A stretch of 63,265 nucleotides of DNA, the filler included, from Anaerolineae bacterium (GTDB lineage Bacteria > Chloroflexota > Anaerolineae > Epilineales > Epilineaceae): assembly GCA_029262755.1 (NCBI GenBank). It is 6 parts of 6 records of this genome, joined end to end, with 100 filler letters (N's around TTAATTAATTAA, not from the genome) between each part and the next. Parts side by side here need not be neighbours in the genome. Positions count along the whole stretch, not along the records: positions 60,270 to 63,265 come from JAJCYU010000087.1; 5 more parts are not named here. One strand, given 5' to 3'. A program made the translations under genes and the position numbers. The notes beneath the pieces are model-generated. The model searched no databases. It had not been told where the DNA came from and worked only from the letters and a program-made list of their open reading frames with translations. Below, piece after piece: positions 60,272-63,265 of the stretch; position 1 is the first letter of the stretch, and the number at the start of each line of letters is the position of its first letter.

Positions 60272-61411
60272 TTCCTCGGCGCCCTATTGCCGCACGTGCT
60301 CGTCCATCCCGTGCCCGCGCCGGCCACGATTCTCGCCCGATCCGCGGCGGGCGCGACCCGTAGCGCCGCGCCGGTCGCGCGCCCATCCTCCCCGGCTACC
60401 GCTGCGACCGCGAACGCCGTCAGCACGCGCGCGGCTAATCCGACCCCCTTCCCAACGGGGCCGTGCACGGGGATCGTGGGGCGGGAGGGGCAAGCGCTCG
60501 TGCTCGACGGGAAGCCATTCACGTTCTTCGGCACCAACGTGCACTACCTGCTCGCTCCGGAGTTTCCGGAGTCGCGGATGGAGGAGGTCGTCGCCCATCT
60601 TGGGCAGCAGGGCGCCACCGTGCTGCGGGTGTGGTTCCAGCCGGAGCACGACCCGGAGCGGTTTGCGCGACTGCTGGACATCGGGCGACGACACGGGGTG
60701 CGTTTCTTGGTCACGTTGGAGGACAACGTGTTCCACGGACGCGATTGGTTCGGCGCCTCGGACGACGAGGATAACTACCGGCCTCACCTCGAGCGCACGG
60801 TGCGGCGCCACAAAGATCGGCCCGAGGTGCTGCTCTGGGAGCTGATCAACGAGCCCAACTGCGCTGGGAACTACGACCAGGGCTGTCTGGACACGATCAA
60901 GGGCTGGCTGCGCGGCCGTGCGCGCGAGGTGAAGGCCATCGACGCCTGCCACCTCGTGTCCACGGGCATGATCGGGGTGGGAAACTACGAGCGCGACCTC
61001 ACGATGTACCGGCGCACGCATCGCACGGAAGAGATCGATGTGCTGTCGATGCACAAGCGCGTCGACGAGCGGCGCGACCAGGAGTTGGAGGTCGCGTCGG
61101 AGCTGGACCTGCCGCTGATCCTCGGCGAGGTCTACGACCAGGCCTACGACAAGAGCTGCACGCCGCTGGACGGGGGCAGCGTGCGTGATCGTCGCGCCGA
61201 GCGTATCGCGGACAACCTGCGCGATGCCCTGGCGGACGGCGTCGACGGCTACATGCTGTGGGTCCACAGCGAGGGCGGCATCGAGCAACCGGACGGCTCC
61301 ACCCGCTACTTCTGCAGCATCTACGGTTACGAGCGCGATGATCCGCTTTGGCGCTATTTTGCCGACACCCCCGGCCTTCTGCCGCCCGTCCCGTGGCGCG
61401 CTGTACCCTAG
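60272..61411 (+). CDS. GH5-type glycoside hydrolase (mannanase/cellulase-like), 5' partial
   Basis: Pro/Thr linker, FTFFGTN, LRVW, acid/base WELINEP, nucleophile ILGE, GYMLW. Confidence 0.85.
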   Translation, partial: FLGALLPHVLVHPVPAPATILARSAAGATRSAAPVARPSSPATAATANAVSTRAANPTPFPTGPCTGIVGREGQALVLDGKPFTFFGTNVHYLLAPEFPESRMEEVVAHLGQQGATVLRVWFQPEHDPERFARLLDIGRRHGVRFLVTLEDNVFHGRDWFGASDDEDNYRPHLERTVRRHKDRPEVLLWELINEPNCAGNYDQGCLDTIKGWLRGRAREVKAIDACHLVSTGMIGVGNYERDLTMYRRTHRTEEIDVLSMHKRVDERRDQELEVASELDLPLILGEVYDQAYDKSCTPLDGGSVRDRRAERIADNLRDALADGVDGYMLWVHSEGGIEQPDGSTRYFCSIYGYERDDPLWRYFADTPGLLPPVPWRAVP

Positions 61412-61450
61412 GTGCGTCGGAATCGCGCTCCACCCGACCTACCTTGCGGT

Positions 61451-62188
61451 CTAGGCCGGCTCATCCTCGAGACGCGGGCCGATCGGCTCGATGCACGACG
61501 GGTCGTCGTTACCCGGTCGGTTCACGTGGGTGCTCACCGGGTACGCGCTCATACGGGCGGCGGGAAACGCGTCCATCAGGGAAGTCAGCGCCTCGCCGCC
61601 CTCGACACCGGGATCGAGCCAGCGGTCGATCTCTTCGGCGGCCAAGATGACCGGCATCCGGTCGTGCAACCGGGCGATCTTGTCGTTCGGCGCCGTCGTG
61701 AGGATCGTGAACGTATGCAGGCTCTCCACGTCCCCAGCTGCGTCCTTGTCCTTGTCCTTGTCCTTGTCCGTGTCCTTGGGGCGCCATGACTCCCAGAGGC
61801 CGGCCATCGCGAAGGGCGCGCCGTCGTCGACCATGATGCGGTAGGGCTGCTTGCCGTCCGGCGTTTTGCGCCACTCGTAGAAGCCGTCCGCGGGCACAAT
61901 GCAGCGCCGGCGCTTGAAGGCGGCGCGAAAGGCCGGCTTGGAAGCAACGGTCTCGGATCGCGCGTTGATCATCCGGTTGCCGATTCCCGGGTCCTTTGCC
62001 CAAAAGGGCACAAGCCCCCAGCGCATGAGCTCCAACTCGCGCGCTTCGCGCTCCAAAGACAGCCGCACAACCGGTGCGCGTTGGGTCGGCGCGATGTTGT
62101 AGCGCGGATCCAGCGCAGGTACATCGTCCAACTCCATCTGCGCCGCCAGCGTCTCCGGTTCGACCTTCAGCGTGTAGCGTCCGCACAT
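61451..62188 (-). CDS. SOS response-associated peptidase (SRAP/HMCES/YedK family)
   Basis: MCGRY N-terminus, YNIAPTQ, WGLVP, INARSET, GFYEW, HDRMPVIL; SD GGAGGT. Confidence 0.95.
   Translation of the reverse strand: MCGRYTLKVEPETLAAQMELDDVPALDPRYNIAPTQRAPVVRLSLEREARELELMRWGLVPFWAKDPGIGNRMINARSETVASKPAFRAAFKRRRCIVPADGFYEWRKTPDGKQPYRIMVDDGAPFAMAGLWESWRPKDTDKDKDKDKDAAGDVESLHTFTILTTAPNDKIARLHDRMPVILAAEEIDRWLDPGVEGGEALTSLMDAFPAARMSAYPVSTHVNRPGNDDPSCIEPIGPRLEDEPA
61742..61777 (-). repeat. 6-bp repeat (GTCCTT) encoding a KD insertion in SRAP
   Basis: gtccttgtccttgtccttgtccttgtccgtgtcctt. Confidence 0.85.
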
Positions 62189-62311
62189 CACCGCACCTCC
62201 GTTGAGCACGTCGAGCGATCACGCTAGCATCGCGCCCCACGCTCGTCCACGAAGGCGGGGGGCCGACCCGTAGGCCGACCCCCCGCACTTCACTCCAATC
62301 AAAGTTTCGTT

Positions 62312-62341
62312 CGTCTGATCGGGAACGAGCCCGATCAGACG
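62312..62341. terminator. 12-bp perfect hairpin just downstream of the 62359..62829 gene
   Basis: CGTCTGATCGGG / CCCGATCAGACG; no clean U-tract. Confidence 0.45.
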
Positions 62342-62358
62342 TTGCGACTAGGCGCTGC

Positions 62359-62829
62359 TTAGCGAATGCGCGCCGCGTAGTAGCGGATCAAACGCACGGC
62401 GTCAGCGTATTCGCCGTTGCCCTGCGCGATGAGGTCGGCGCCCTCGTCGCGGTTGCAGGACTCGAGAATCGCGTCCAGGCCTTCCACGGCCGTCGCCAAA
62501 CCGTCGACGGCGGCATCGTGACGCGCCTGCAGGATGGACGGCGCGATCATACCGGTGCCACGCATATCCTCGACGAGACCGTGCCCGCGACGAGCAAGTG
62601 CGGCAACCTCTTCACCGCAGGCCAACTCGGGCTTGGCGACCATGGCTGACAGCTGCGCGTCCATGTCGGCCTGCCAGGAATCGACGGCCGGCATCAGCTG
62701 CGCGACTCCGTCAAAGTAGTCATGAATCGGATTGCTCTCGGCGTGGGCACGGGTCGGCGCTAGGGCAGCACCGATCGCGAGACCGAGAACGGCGAAGGAC
62801 AGGGCAAAACGAAAGCTAAAGCTACGCAT
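62359..62829 (-). CDS. Secreted alpha-helical hypothetical protein
   Basis: SD AAGGAG; signal ending AHA; amphipathic helices with two Cys. Confidence 0.75.
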   Translation of the reverse strand: MRSFSFRFALSFAVLGLAIGAALAPTRAHAESNPIHDYFDGVAQLMPAVDSWQADMDAQLSAMVAKPELACGEEVAALARRGHGLVEDMRGTGMIAPSILQARHDAAVDGLATAVEGLDAILESCNRDEGADLIAQGNGEYADAVRLIRYYAARIR

Positions 62830-63068
62830 CAGAAGAATCTCCTTGAAGGAAAAAGGTCAACGCCGGGAAGTCTACGCCCCGACCATGAGCCGGTTGTGAC
62901 AGCTACCCGACGCTCGCCGGACGGAAGCCCGACGCCCGTCAGACCGCAAGCTGACCAAACCGCAAAACACCCAACACTCATCCAAGACGAAGCCCCCATG
63001 TCTTCATTAACCCACCCCCCTACCGAAAAGGTTCCCCGATTTCAACCCCGCACGGACACATCACACCA

Positions 63069-63100
63069 ACAAACAGGGGCGCCCCATTCGGGACGCCCCT
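63069..63100 (-). terminator. Probable Rho-independent terminator
   Basis: Minus strand AGGGGCGTCCC-gaat-GGGGCGCCCCT followed by GTTTGTT. Confidence 0.5.
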
Positions 63101-63265
63101 TACTCATTTTCTCACCCACTATCCCACTCAACAGCCTACCGTTACCCCCCGACCCGCGCACCAATTCCCCCAGGGCGTGGGCGGCACGAAGACGCGCAGC
63201 CGAGGCCGTCGCCGCGCCGTCGTGCCGGTTCACCCCGACGAAGGACTAGCAGCGCTATTGCTGAG

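Overview
This window is not one continuous chromosome segment. It is six contigs joined by 100-bp artificial spacers (N44-TTAATTAATTAA-N44): 1-25716, 25817-32250, 32351-36606, 36707-56429, 56530-60169 and 60270-63265. Five contigs are very GC-rich and look like a Chloroflexota (Anaerolineae-like) genome bin. That assignment is an inference from the many secreted proteins with a Pro/Thr linker plus a '(Y/L)LPxxxR' peptide. Contig 5 (ilvB, rsmE, manC) is strongly AT-rich and probably comes from another organism. The GC-rich contigs carry an ECF sigma/FecR-type anti-sigma/double ABC module, three tandem CRTAC1/ASPIC-UnbV lipoproteins with a CuA-less cupredoxin, hom, tpiA and rnj. They also carry an MNT-HEPN toxin-antitoxin pair, several decayed genes and many surface proteins. 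The most unusual items are: (1) a stand-alone two-gene operon of T4 gp19/Afp1-Afp5-like tail-tube proteins, the first carrying a twin-arginine (Tat) signal peptide, with no sheath, baseplate or spike genes nearby; (2) a histone-H1-like Lys/Ala polymer fused to a TIR domain that retains the catalytic Glu; (3) an alpha/beta-hydrolase + pseudo-CHAT + CHAT + C25-like protease cluster; (4) a secreted minimal copper-amine-oxidase-like protein with an altered TPQ motif. No rRNA, tRNA, CRISPR array or intact transposase/integrase was recognised. All family calls come from motif recognition by eye, without database searches.
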